Shown piece after piece: positions 50,993-60,422 of a stretch of DNA of 64,000 nt. Position numbers and translations under genes: made by a program. The stretch comes from Alphaproteobacteria bacterium (GTDB lineage Bacteria; Pseudomonadota; Alphaproteobacteria; UBA828). Location: contig CBDCRW010000004.1 in assembly GCA_965221125.1 (NCBI GenBank), positions 384,001 through 448,000 on the forward strand, given 5' to 3'. A model generated the notes under the pieces. That model worked only from the letters and a program-made list of their open reading frames with translations, made no database searches and was not told the DNA's origin. Positions within the stretch are counted from its first letter, which is position 1; the number at the start of each line of letters is the position of its first letter.

Positions 50993-52639
50993 ATGGTCAC
51001 GCCGTCGACAGGCGAGGGTTCCGGCAAGCGCCGCTCATCCGCTGCCGCGCCGGATTTTGACGCGGTGGTGGTGGGCGCTGGGTTCTCCGGCCTCTACATG
51101 CTCCATCGGCTGCGCGAAGTCGGCCTCTCCGTGCGCGTGCTCGAGCGGGGCGACGGGGTCGGCGGCACCTGGTACTGGAACCGCTATCCCGGCGCGCGCT
51201 GCGACGGCGACAGCGTCGAGTATTCCTACCAGTTCTCCGATGCGCTGCAGGATGAGTGGCGCTGGACCGAGCGCAACGCCTCGCAGCCGGAGATCCTGCG
51301 CTATCTGGAGCATGTGGCGGACCGCTTCGACCTTCGCCGCGACATCAGCTTCGAGACGACCGTCACCGAAGCCGCCTTCGACAAGGCGGCGGGATGCTGG
51401 CGCATCGCGACCGACGACGGCACGCGGCTCAGCGCCACCTATTGCATCATGGCCACGGGGTGTCTCTCGGCCGTCAACCGGCCCGCCTTCGAGGGTCTCG
51501 AACGCTTCGAGGGCGCGTGGTACCACACCGGCGCCTGGCCCCATGAGCCGGTCTCCTTCGCCGGCCAGCACGTCGGCATCATCGGTACCGGCTCCTCGGC
51601 CATCCAGTCGATCCCGCTGATCGCGGCGGAGGCACAGCACCTCACCGTCTTCCAGCGTCAGCCGAACTACACCATCCCCGCTCGCAACGGGCCGCTCGAC
51701 GAGGCGGAATACGCCGCCTTCAGGGCCGACTACGGGGAGCACCGGAGGCGGGCCAAGACGACGCCGACCGGCTCCATGTGGGCCGTGAACCCGGCGACCT
51801 GCGCCGAGATGACTTCCGAGGAGCGTCGGCGCGAGATGGAGGCTCGCTGGCAGAAGGGCGGCCTCAGCTACTACGGGGTCTTCGCCGACCTCCTGGTCAA
51901 TGCCGAGGCGAACAACATCGCCACCGAATTCATCCGCAGCAAGATTCGCGCCGAGGTGAACGATCCGGAGCTTGCAGAGCTGCTCTCGCCGCACTCATAC
52001 ATGGGATGCAAGCGCATCTGCCTCGATACCGACTACTACGCCACCTTCAACCGGCCGAACGTCACGCTGGTCGATATCAGCGACGCGCCGATCGAGGAGA
52101 TCACGCGCACCGGGCTCTGCACCGGCGGCGAGGAATACGCGCTGGACACCATCGTCTTCGCCATCGGCTTCGACGCGATGACCGGGCCGCTGCTCAGGAT
52201 CGACATCCGCGGCAGGGACGGGCGGACGCTCCGGTCCAAGTGGGCCGAGGGCCCGCGCACCTATCTCGGCCTCGCGATCGAGGGCTTCCCCAACCTGTTC
52301 ACCGTCACGGGCCCGACCAGCCCCTCGGTGCTCACCAGCATGGTGCCCACCATCGAGCAGCACGTCGAATGGATATCTGACTGCATCGCCAATGCCCGCG
52401 CCTACGGACGCCCGCGCATCGAAGCGACGCGCGAGGCGGAGGATCGCTGGATGGACCACCATGAGGAAGTCGCGGCGGAGACGCTCTTCCCCTCCTGCAA
52501 CTCCTGGTACGTGGGCGCCAACGTGCCCGGCAAGCCGCGCACGGTGACGCCGTATACCGGCGGCATGCCGACCTACATGGAGAAGTGCGAGGCGGTGGTC
52601 GCCAACGGCTACGAGGGATTCGCGCTCACCGCCGGGTGA
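50993..52639 (+). CDS. Type I Baeyer-Villiger monooxygenase (cyclohexanone/phenylacetone monooxygenase-like)
   Basis: GAGFSG, GGTWYWNRYPG, FEGAWYHTGAWP fingerprint, GTGSSA, SWYVGANVPGK. Confidence 0.93.
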   Translation: MVTPSTGEGSGKRRSSAAAPDFDAVVVGAGFSGLYMLHRLREVGLSVRVLERGDGVGGTWYWNRYPGARCDGDSVEYSYQFSDALQDEWRWTERNASQPEILRYLEHVADRFDLRRDISFETTVTEAAFDKAAGCWRIATDDGTRLSATYCIMATGCLSAVNRPAFEGLERFEGAWYHTGAWPHEPVSFAGQHVGIIGTGSSAIQSIPLIAAEAQHLTVFQRQPNYTIPARNGPLDEAEYAAFRADYGEHRRRAKTTPTGSMWAVNPATCAEMTSEERRREMEARWQKGGLSYYGVFADLLVNAEANNIATEFIRSKIRAEVNDPELAELLSPHSYMGCKRICLDTDYYATFNRPNVTLVDISDAPIEEITRTGLCTGGEEYALDTIVFAIGFDAMTGPLLRIDIRGRDGRTLRSKWAEGPRTYLGLAIEGFPNLFTVTGPTSPSVLTSMVPTIEQHVEWISDCIANARAYGRPRIEATREAEDRWMDHHEEVAAETLFPSCNSWYVGANVPGKPRTVTPYTGGMPTYMEKCEAVVANGYEGFALTAG

Positions 52640-52642
52640 GTC

Positions 52643-52703
52643 GCCCGCGCCTGAAAGGTCGCGGGCGCGAAAGGGGATCGATCCCGCTAGAGCAGGCGCT
52701 CTA
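52643..52703. repeat. Hairpins between convergent BVMO and cupin genes, including a minimal TAGAGC-n4-GCTCTA palindrome at the cupin stop
   Basis: CGCCCGCG...CGCGGGCG; TAGAGCAGGCGCTCTA at 52688-52703. Confidence 0.5.
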
Positions 52704-53141
52704 TTTGTCTCCGCGCCAGCCCGGCGGCTGGTCGCAGGGCTCGGTGCCCATGTCGGCGGGCACCGAAATCTCGATCAGGTCGAAGGTATCAGAAGTCGCG
52801 ACCTCGTTGTGCGGCGTGCCACCCGGGATGTAGAGCGAATCCCCTTCCTCGATGCGGATGGTCTCGGTCTCGAAGGCGAGGTCGATCCAGCCGCTCAGCA
52901 TGTAGACGAGCTGCCCCTCGCAGATGTGCGTGTGCCAGCCGGTCGGCCGCGTGAGCCCCTGCTTGGCCGAGGTGATCTGCGCGCGGATGGTCCCGCCGCT
53001 CGCTGCCGTGACGCCGAGGTCGCGGTAGGTCATGAAGTCGCGCCGTCCGGGGACGAAGGTGGGGTCGTCCTTCCTGACGAGGGTGAACGGCGGCTCCGGC
53101 GTGGCCGGGCTTGCCGCTTCTGCAGTCTGGGCCTTGGTCAT
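52701..53141 (-). CDS. Cupin domain protein
   Basis: TGWHTH...QLVYMLSG...GDSLYIPGGTPHNE; ATG 53141 with GGAG RBS. Confidence 0.88.
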   Translation of the reverse strand: MTKAQTAEAASPATPEPPFTLVRKDDPTFVPGRRDFMTYRDLGVTAASGGTIRAQITSAKQGLTRPTGWHTHICEGQLVYMLSGWIDLAFETETIRIEEGDSLYIPGGTPHNEVATSDTFDLIEISVPADMGTEPCDQPPGWRGDK

Positions 53142-53226
53142 GAGCTTCTCTCCGCCGGGCGCGTGAGCGGGCATGGTAGGAAGCGCCGGACGGCCTGACA
53201 AGCCGGTCGCTGCCGCCCGCTGCGCG

Positions 53227-54687
53227 TCAGGCGGGATAGACGTCGGCGCGGAGTGCGTCCGCGAGCGCGGCCACCGCAGGGCCCATCGCCCGGCCCATCG
53301 CCCGGCCCTCCGTCGGCTCGCAAACGATCTCCCTGGCCACGGCTTCGAGCCCGGCCAGCGGCGCGGGCACCGGGCGCTCCGTGACATCCAGGGCGCGCAG
53401 CGCGATCGGCACGAGGCTCGCGAGCGCCATGTCGAGGCAGCGCCCGGCGCGGTCCTGCTTCGACCACGCGAGGAAGACCGGGCTCGCCACGTCGTTCTGC
53501 CCGAAGCCGCCGGATTCGCTGCCGGGCAGCAGGGTGGCCTGGGCGTAGAGGCGGGCCTCCTCCTCGTAGCCGGTCTGGGCCATCGGCAGGCATCCCAGGT
53601 AGGCGCGGGGAGCATCGTCGTCGTCGAGCGCGTTCAGCTGGTGCGGCAGCAGCGAGACGGCGCCGTCCAGGAGCTTCGCGCCGTGGCGTTCGGCAAGCAC
53701 GCAGAGATTGGCCGACGCGGCGGCCACGGCGTCCATGGCGAGCACCGCGTGGGGGTTGTGATAGCCGCCGCTGGTCACGAAGCGGCCGAAGGGATGATCC
53801 TCGTCGGCGTCGTCGACCCAGACCGGGTTGTCCGTCACCGCCTGGAGCGATTCCGACGCGACCTCGGCGGCAAGCGAGGCCGCGCGCCGGGCCTGGCCCA
53901 GCATGCGGGGCAGGATGCGGTAGCTGACGGGCGCCTGGTAGGGGCGCCGGTCTGCGCCGTGGCCGCCCGCCACCAGGTCGCGAAGGCGCTCCAGCGCCCA
54001 GACGTCGTGCGGGTTGTTCCAGTAGTCGGCGAGCGCGGGGTCGAGATGGCTGAGCGGCGCGTCGAAGGCCTCGAAGGAGAGCGCGAAGACCCGCGCCGCC
54101 ACGTCGAGCCGCCGTTCGGCGACGAGTGCAGCATCGGTGACGAGGCCCGTGGCCGCCGGCGAGCCGTTGACCAGGCACATCACGTCCTTGATCGCGGGCT
54201 CGGCGTCCTCGGCGAGGGCCATGAAGAGGTGGCTCAACGACAGGATCTCGCCGGCGCCGCCCTGGCCCATCGCGGGCACCACGGGCATCGCGTCCGCATC
54301 CAGCATGGCGGCGACGCGCCGGGCGATCTCCGGCGAGATGGCGGCGTGGCCTTCCACGAAGTTGGCAAGCCGCGCCAGCACGATGGCGCGGACGACCCGA
54401 TCGGGTAGAGGGTCGCCCCACGACGTGGCGATCCGCGCCGGAGACATGCCGGCCCAGCGCTCGCGCTGCGCGGGCGTCAGCGTCTTGCCGGCGAGCTGGC
54501 CCGGACCCGTGGTCACGCCATAGATGGTGACGTCAGGGTCATGCGCGAGAATGCGTTCCAGACGCTCCCGGCCCTTCGCCATGGCGGCGAGCGCCGTGGC
54601 GCCGAGCTCGACTCCCTCGCCCTCCCAGGCCACCCGGCGGGCGGCTTCGAGCGTGAGATCGGCACGGGTTTGCACGAGTACCGTCAT
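53227..54687 (-). CDS. Aromatic amino acid lyase (HAL/PAL fold) family protein lacking the Ala-Ser-Gly MIO motif
   Basis: IYGVTTGPG, KDVMCLVNGS, VSYRILP, TDNP, QNDVAS align with HutH landmarks; GQGGAGEILSLSH in place of GSVGASGDLAPLAH. Confidence 0.85.
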   Translation of the reverse strand: MTVLVQTRADLTLEAARRVAWEGEGVELGATALAAMAKGRERLERILAHDPDVTIYGVTTGPGQLAGKTLTPAQRERWAGMSPARIATSWGDPLPDRVVRAIVLARLANFVEGHAAISPEIARRVAAMLDADAMPVVPAMGQGGAGEILSLSHLFMALAEDAEPAIKDVMCLVNGSPAATGLVTDAALVAERRLDVAARVFALSFEAFDAPLSHLDPALADYWNNPHDVWALERLRDLVAGGHGADRRPYQAPVSYRILPRMLGQARRAASLAAEVASESLQAVTDNPVWVDDADEDHPFGRFVTSGGYHNPHAVLAMDAVAAASANLCVLAERHGAKLLDGAVSLLPHQLNALDDDDAPRAYLGCLPMAQTGYEEEARLYAQATLLPGSESGGFGQNDVASPVFLAWSKQDRAGRCLDMALASLVPIALRALDVTERPVPAPLAGLEAVAREIVCEPTEGRAMGRAMGPAVAALADALRADVYPA

Positions 54688-54747
54688 GATCGGAAATGCT
54701 GCTCGGCGAGGCGCGTGGACCCGGAAGTCGGCCGCCCGATGCGGGCC

Positions 54748-55326
54748 CTACTCTGTCTCGGTGCGCCGCAGCTCTTCGAGCTGGGCTGCGGTGTACTGGA
54801 AACCGATGAGTGTCTCGTACCCCAGCCCGAACTCTCCGGGCCTAAGGGGGATCCACTGCTCGATCTCCTCCACCGTCCGTGCGCGCGGGCCGTCATCTTC
54901 GAAGACGATCTCCGCCGTGAAGACTTCCTTGGCCACGATCTGCCGGTCCGGTCTGGCGATGGCGACGAAGAAAGGCACGCTCAGCCGGTCCGTCTCCGCT
55001 GCCGGCCCGCGGGTCGCATCGATGGAGAGCGCGAATTCGACTTCGACGCCGCCGCCTTCCTCGTCGTCGATGCTGTGGTCGCAGTCCGACGCCACGTCGC
55101 GCAGCTCGAGCGCGAAGGCCACGTTCGCGTCGTCGCGTCCCGGCCCCTCGCCGTAGAGGGTGAGCTGGCTGGTCTGCTTGAGCACGCTGACCCTGGGGCA
55201 GGGCGGGGGGTCGTCGAACGGGTTGCAGCCGGCGAGAACGACAAGCACGGCCGCGGCGAGAGCCGCCCTGCCCGCACTCGCAAGGCTGCGGCGCCGACGC
55301 AGAGACCCGGTGGCGGTGGGCAGCAT
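54748..55326 (-). CDS. Putative lipoprotein of unknown function
   Basis: Basic and hydrophobic N-terminus with LAGC lipobox, PPPCPRV, VPFFVAI. Confidence 0.7.
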   Translation of the reverse strand: MLPTATGSLRRRRSLASAGRAALAAAVLVVLAGCNPFDDPPPCPRVSVLKQTSQLTLYGEGPGRDDANVAFALELRDVASDCDHSIDDEEGGGVEVEFALSIDATRGPAAETDRLSVPFFVAIARPDRQIVAKEVFTAEIVFEDDGPRARTVEEIEQWIPLRPGEFGLGYETLIGFQYTAAQLEELRRTETE

Positions 55327-55343
55327 GTCGGGTTAGCGCGCGC

Positions 55344-55583
55344 TCAGAGCGTGTTGTGGGTGCCGTCGCAGTGCGGCTGGCTCCCGGTCCGCTTGCAGCC
55401 GCAGAGCCACGCGGTCTCGCTCTCCTCCGCGGTGAACATGATGGGGCGGATGTCGGTTTCCTTGTGCGAGCCGTCGCAGAAGGGCTGGGTGGCGCTGAGC
55501 CCGCAGGCGCACCAGAAATATTTTTTTCCGGCGACGAGCTCAGTCTCGTAGGGTTCCGCCTGGGCGACGACGGGTTCGCTCAT
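55344..55583 (-). CDS. CDGSH iron-sulfur domain protein (two domains)
   Basis: WCACGLSATQPFCDGSH and LCGCKRTGSQPHCDGTH. Confidence 0.93.
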   Translation of the reverse strand: MSEPVVAQAEPYETELVAGKKYFWCACGLSATQPFCDGSHKETDIRPIMFTAEESETAWLCGCKRTGSQPHCDGTHNTL

Positions 55584-55735
55584 GGTGGGCTGCCTCGACG
55601 GTCTGAAGGGTTGGATTGGACGGGCTCACTCTAGCCGCGCACCCCATGGCGGACAAGGCTGCCCATGCAGATCGCTTGATCCTGCCTGGAGTTGCGGGCT
55701 AGGGTGCGCCGCCTTTTGCGGGGGCGTGGAGCGCC

Positions 55736-56758
55736 ATGACAGCAGCACCTGGCTTTGTCGAACTGATCGGAAACACGCCGCTGATCCGGCTGCAGGGCGC
55801 GTCCGACGCGACCGGCTGCGAGATCCTCGGCAAGTGCGAGTTCCTGAACCCCGGCGGCTCGGTCAAGGATCGGGCTGCGCTCTTCATCATCCGCGATGCC
55901 GAGCGCCGCGGCGTGCTGAAGCCGGGCGGGACCATCGTCGAAGGCACGGCCGGCAACACCGGCATCGGGCTTGCGCTGGTGGGCAACGCCCTCGGCTACC
56001 GCTCGGTGATCGTGATTCCGGAGACCCAGAGCCAGGAGAAGAAGGACATGCTCAGGCTCTGCGGGGCCGAGCTGATCCAGGTGCCGGCGGTGCCCTATCG
56101 CGATCCCAACAACTACGTGAAGTATTCCGGCCGGCTCGCCGACGAGCTCGCCGGGAAGGAGCCGAACGGCGCGGTCTGGGCCAACCAGTTCGACAACATC
56201 GCCAACCGCCAGGCTCACATCGAGACCACGGGCCCCGAGATCTGGGAGCAGACCGGCGGCAAGGTCGACGGCTTCATCTGCGCCGTCGGCACCGGCGGCA
56301 CGCTGGCCGGCGTCGGCATGGCGCTCAAGGAGCGCAATCCCTCGGTCACGATCGGCCTCGCCGACCCGATGGGGGCCGCGCTCTACAACCACTATGCCCA
56401 CGGCGAGCTCAAGGCTGAGGGCAGCTCGATCACGGAGGGGATCGGGCAAGGCCGGATCACGGCCAACCTCGAGGACGCGCCCATCGACGTGCCGTTCCAG
56501 ATTCCGGATGCCGAAGCGCTACCCGTAATCTTCGATCTGGCGCAGAACGAAGGCCACATCATGGGCGGCTCGACGGGCATCAACGTGGCCGGCGCGATCA
56601 GGCTGGCGAGCGAGATGGGCCCCGGCCACACCATCGTCACCGTGCTCTGCGATTACGGCACCCGCTACTTCAGCAAGCTCTTCAATGCCGCGTTCCTGCG
56701 CGAGCGCGATCTGCCGGTGCCGCCCTGGCTCGACGACGCCCCCGATGCCGCAGACTGA
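55736..56758 (+). CDS. cysK: Cysteine synthase (PLP-dependent)
   Basis: IGNTPLI, KCEFLNPGGSVKDR, EGTAGNTG, NQFDN, GTGGT, EGIG. Confidence 0.92.
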   Translation: MTAAPGFVELIGNTPLIRLQGASDATGCEILGKCEFLNPGGSVKDRAALFIIRDAERRGVLKPGGTIVEGTAGNTGIGLALVGNALGYRSVIVIPETQSQEKKDMLRLCGAELIQVPAVPYRDPNNYVKYSGRLADELAGKEPNGAVWANQFDNIANRQAHIETTGPEIWEQTGGKVDGFICAVGTGGTLAGVGMALKERNPSVTIGLADPMGAALYNHYAHGELKAEGSSITEGIGQGRITANLEDAPIDVPFQIPDAEALPVIFDLAQNEGHIMGGSTGINVAGAIRLASEMGPGHTIVTVLCDYGTRYFSKLFNAAFLRERDLPVPPWLDDAPDAAD

Positions 56759-57461
56759 GCTGCTGTTCCGCGCCGATCCCTACGCGCGCTCCTGCGAGGC
56801 GACAGTCAGCGCGGTGGAGGCCGGAGCGGTGCAGCTCGACCGCACGGTCTTCTATCCCATGGGCGGCGGCCAGCCCGGCGATACCGGAGTCCTGCGCGCG
56901 GACGACGGCACCGAGTTCGCCGTGCACGACACGCGCAAGGGCGAGGGCGCGGACGAGGTGCTGCATCTGATCGACCCCGACTCCGCGCTGGCGCCGGGAA
57001 GCCGCGTGGTCGCCGAGATCGACTGGGAGCGCCGCTACCGCCACATGCGCATGCACACCTGCCTGCACCTGCTGAGCGCCGTCATCGACGCGCCGGTGAC
57101 CGGCGGGCAGCTCACGGCGGAGAAGGGACGGCTCGACTTCGATGTCGATGTCAGGCTGGAGAAGGCAGCCGTTCAGGACGCGCTCAATGCCCTCATCGCG
57201 CGGGACTTTCCGGTCGCGGCGCGCTGGATCAGCGACGAGGCGCTGGCGGCACAGCCCGAGCTGGTGCGGACCATGCGGGTCAAGCCACCGAGCGGTCAAG
57301 GCCAGGTCAGGCTGATCGACGTGAAGGGCATCGACCTGCAGCCCTGCGGCGGCACCCACGTCGCGCGTACCGGCGAGATCGGGCCGGTCATCGTCCGCAA
57401 GATCGAGAGCAAGGGTAGGCAGAACCGGCGCGTCTCGCTCGCCTTCGGAGACCCCGCATGA
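56745..57461 (+). CDS. Alanyl-tRNA editing protein (AlaX)
   Basis: TVFYPMGGGQPGD, HMRMHTCLHLL (HxxxH), QPCGGTH (CxxxH). Confidence 0.92.
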   Translation: MPQTELLFRADPYARSCEATVSAVEAGAVQLDRTVFYPMGGGQPGDTGVLRADDGTEFAVHDTRKGEGADEVLHLIDPDSALAPGSRVVAEIDWERRYRHMRMHTCLHLLSAVIDAPVTGGQLTAEKGRLDFDVDVRLEKAAVQDALNALIARDFPVAARWISDEALAAQPELVRTMRVKPPSGQGQVRLIDVKGIDLQPCGGTHVARTGEIGPVIVRKIESKGRQNRRVSLAFGDPA

Positions 57462-58327
57462 GCGGCGACGGGACGCCGCTGGTCGTAACGACCGCCTGGC
57501 TCGCCGCAGAGAGCGGCGCCGGCAGCGCGGTGCGGGTGCTGGACGGCTCGTGGCACCTGCCGGCCGCGGCGCGCGATCCGGCCGCCGAGTTCCTGGCGGC
57601 CCACATCCCCGGCGCGGCCTTCTTCGATATCGACGGCATCAGCGACCCCGACTCGTCGCTGCCGCACATGCTGCCGTCCCCGGCGCACTTCGCGGAGAGC
57701 GTCTCGGCGCTCGGGGTCGGCAACGACTCGCATGTCGTGGTATACGATACCGTCGGCCTCTACAGCGCGGCGCGGGTGTGGTGGATGTTTCGCGTATTCG
57801 GCCACGAGCGCGTTTCGGTTCTCGCCGGCGGTCTGCCCCGCTGGCAGGCGGAAGGCCGCCCGGTTGAGCGCGGCACGCCCGCGATCGCGCCGGGCGCGTT
57901 CACGGCCCAGGCCGCCGACGAGACGATGGTGCGCTCGTTCGAGCAGGTGCGCGCGACGCTCGGCACGGGCGGCGCGCAGATCGTGGATGCGCGCGCGGCC
58001 GCCCGCTTCACCGGCGAGGATCCGGGGCCCCGGCCCGATCTCCCGCGCGGCCACATTCCCGGTAGCCACAACGTCCCCTTCGACGCCGTGCTCGACGATG
58101 ACGACGGCGCGCTGGGCGATGCCGCGGCGATACGCCGCGCGTTCGCGGAGGCCGGCGTCGATCCCGCCCGGCCGGTCATCGCCACGTGCGGGTCAGGCGT
58201 CACCGCGTGCACACTGGCGCTCGCGCTTGCTGCGATCGGGGCCGAGCAGGTCGCCGTCTACGACGGCTCCTGGTCCGACTGGGGCAGCCGCGCGGACGCG
58301 CCGGTGGAAAGCGGCGGCCCCGCCTAG
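57458..58327 (+). CDS. sseA: 3-mercaptopyruvate sulfurtransferase
   Basis: HIPGAAFFD, ARVWWMF, GHIPGS, TCGSGVTAC, YDGSWSDW. Confidence 0.93.
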   Translation: MSGDGTPLVVTTAWLAAESGAGSAVRVLDGSWHLPAAARDPAAEFLAAHIPGAAFFDIDGISDPDSSLPHMLPSPAHFAESVSALGVGNDSHVVVYDTVGLYSAARVWWMFRVFGHERVSVLAGGLPRWQAEGRPVERGTPAIAPGAFTAQAADETMVRSFEQVRATLGTGGAQIVDARAAARFTGEDPGPRPDLPRGHIPGSHNVPFDAVLDDDDGALGDAAAIRRAFAEAGVDPARPVIATCGSGVTACTLALALAAIGAEQVAVYDGSWSDWGSRADAPVESGGPA

Positions 58328-58339
58328 ACGAGACGAAGG

Positions 58340-59296
58340 ATGCGACGGCGGACGGCATTCACCATCGCGGCCGTGTTGACGGCGTGGCTCACCGTGGCGG
58401 CGACAGGCGGCGCCACGGCGCCGGAGCCAGAGGGCTCGGCCCCGCCCAGCGACATGATCGGCCAGATGCGCCACATCGTCGCCGATTACGAGGACACGCT
58501 GCTGGACCTCGCACGCGCCAACGGTCTCGGCTACGTCGAGATGATCGCGGCCAACCGCGGCATCGATCCCTGGGTCCCCGGCAAGAGCACGTCGGTCGTC
58601 CTGCCCACCGCGCACGTGCTCCCCGATGCCGAGCGCGTCGGCCTGGTGGTCAACCTGGCCGAGCACCGCCTCTACTATTTCGGCCCGCCGGGCACGGAGC
58701 CCGTGACCTTTCCCCTAGGCGTCGGCAGGGAGGGGTGGTCGACGCCCCTCGGCACGACCGAGATCGTCCGCAAGAAGGAGGCGCCGAGCTGGTACCCGCC
58801 TGAATCGATCCGCGCCAAGAAGCCGGATCTGCCCAAGGTCGTGCCGCCGGGGCCCCACAATCCCCTCGGCAGTCATGCGCTCTATTTCGACTGGCCAGCC
58901 TACCTGATCCACGGCACCAACCGGCCGTGGGGGATCGGCCGGCGCGTGAGTCACGGCTGCATCCGCCTCTACCCCGAGGACATCGCCCGGCTATACGAGC
59001 TCGTGCCGATCGGCACGCCGGTCCAGGTCATCAGCCAGGCGGTCAAGATCGGCTGGTACGAGGGAGAGCTCTACATCGAGGCGCACCCCGAGTCCGGTCA
59101 GGCGGACGAGCTCGAGAGCACCGGCCAAATAAGGAGCGTCGACGCGCGCTCCCGCGCCGACGCTCTTTACCGGATCACAACTTTGGCAGGTGCCGACCGG
59201 GACCGACTTAACTGGCACCTTATCCGAAAGGCTTTCGAGGAACGGTCGGGCGTCCCCGTCCGCGTCACCCTGGACCGAACCGGGCCCTCGGCCTAG
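58340..59296 (+). CDS. L,D-transpeptidase (ErfK/YbiS/YcfS family) with LysM-like N-terminus
   Basis: AANRGIDPWVPG, VNLAEHRLYY, PPGPHNPLG, IHGT...SHGCIRL. Confidence 0.92.
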   Translation: MRRRTAFTIAAVLTAWLTVAATGGATAPEPEGSAPPSDMIGQMRHIVADYEDTLLDLARANGLGYVEMIAANRGIDPWVPGKSTSVVLPTAHVLPDAERVGLVVNLAEHRLYYFGPPGTEPVTFPLGVGREGWSTPLGTTEIVRKKEAPSWYPPESIRAKKPDLPKVVPPGPHNPLGSHALYFDWPAYLIHGTNRPWGIGRRVSHGCIRLYPEDIARLYELVPIGTPVQVISQAVKIGWYEGELYIEAHPESGQADELESTGQIRSVDARSRADALYRITTLAGADRDRLNWHLIRKAFEERSGVPVRVTLDRTGPSA

Positions 59297-59336
59297 CCCC
59301 GGCCGGGCGGCGCGCGATGGCCGCCCGCCCGAACTG

Positions 59337-59645
59337 CTACTTGCGCATCCCCTTCTGGAAGATGCGGTCCGCCTTGTCCGCGGCCGCCTGCGCTGCCTCG
59401 GCCGCTTCCTGAGCCGCCGCAGCCGCAGCCGCAGCGTTCTGGTTGGCCTCTTCCACCGCCGCTCTCAGCTCGTCGACGGCGACCATCGCGGCGTTGGCGG
59501 TCTGCATGGCTTCCGTCGCCATCGCTTCCGCGCCGGCTATGGCGGCTGCCGTTTGCTCCTGCTCGGCAGCAGATTGGCAACCCGCGGCAACCGCCAGCGG
59601 AAGGGCGACAATCGCAATCCGCAGCGCCCACGATTTGTTGAGCAT
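59337..59645 (-). CDS. Lpp/OprI-like alanine-zipper lipoprotein with C-terminal Lys
   Basis: AAGC lipobox, Ala-rich coiled coil, ends DRIFQKGMRK; GGAGGAGG RBS. Confidence 0.8.
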   Translation of the reverse strand: MLNKSWALRIAIVALPLAVAAGCQSAAEQEQTAAAIAGAEAMATEAMQTANAAMVAVDELRAAVEEANQNAAAAAAAAQEAAEAAQAAADKADRIFQKGMRK

Positions 59646-59812
59646 GGCCTCCTCCTGGCTCCAATGGGTCGCTCGGAGTTGACGGCGATTCGCCTAATGG
59701 AGTCAAGGAAATCCCCCGTAATTCTGCCGGATTGCGCCTCGACCTGCGAATTTTCCGCACGCCCCGAGCCTTGTGCTTTACCCAGGCAGGGCGAAGCCCT
59801 TACTCTCGCATT

Positions 59813-60394
59813 ATGGACCCAACGTCTCCGCACCCTTCGGGCGAAGCCGCCGACGGTGGCAGGTCCGGCGCGCCGGCTCTCTTCGATGCGGTGCTGGCGC
59901 CCAACCGCTCGCTCGGGCGCGCCGGCTTCGTTGCGGTCATGGCCGGCGTCATCGTGGTGAGCGTCGGCCTCGGCACCTACTTCCTGCTCCAGGGCGCGTG
60001 GCCGGTGTTCGGCTTCTTCGGCCTCGACATCCTGCTGCTCTATCTCGCCTTCCGGCTGAGCTACCGCTCGGGCCGCCTGCGGGAGACCATACGGGTCACC
60101 GCCGACGAGGTCGTCGTCCGCCGCATCGCGCCCAACGGGCGCGTGACGGAGTGGCGCTTCAACCCCTACTGGCTTCGCGTCGCCCTCGCCGAGCCGGTGG
60201 AGCACGCAAGCCAGATCACGCTCACCTCGCACGGACGTTCCATCGTCGTCGGCCACTTCCTCGCGCCGGAAGAGCGGGCGAGCCTGGTGAAGGCGCTGCG
60301 TGACGCGCTCGGCGAGGCCAACCGGCGCTACGCCGGCGCTCCGCTGGAGCAAGGCGCGCCGGAAGGAGACGCGGCAGCGGCCCGGCGCAGTTAG
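59813..60394 (+). CDS. DUF2244 family membrane protein
   Basis: FDAVLAPNRSL, GAWPVFGFFGLD, FNPYWLRV, VGHFLAPEER. Confidence 0.88.
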   Translation: MDPTSPHPSGEAADGGRSGAPALFDAVLAPNRSLGRAGFVAVMAGVIVVSVGLGTYFLLQGAWPVFGFFGLDILLLYLAFRLSYRSGRLRETIRVTADEVVVRRIAPNGRVTEWRFNPYWLRVALAEPVEHASQITLTSHGRSIVVGHFLAPEERASLVKALRDALGEANRRYAGAPLEQGAPEGDAAAARRS

Positions 60395-60422
60395 AGCGTT
60401 TCCGTCCTACACGGAAACACGC
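60392..60422 (+). repeat. TAGAGCG palindromic repeat copy at the DUF2244 stop; candidate left junction of the element
   Basis: TAGAGCGTTTCCGT-CCTAC-ACGGAAAC; related to both hairpins at 21452-21599. Confidence 0.6.

Noticed and set aside
59679-59706. TTGAC...GTCAA inverted repeat with inner GGCGA/TCGCC in the divergent lipoprotein/DUF2244 intergenic region
   Set aside because: Could be an operator or overlapping -35 boxes, but no convincing -10 elements and no second copy support it
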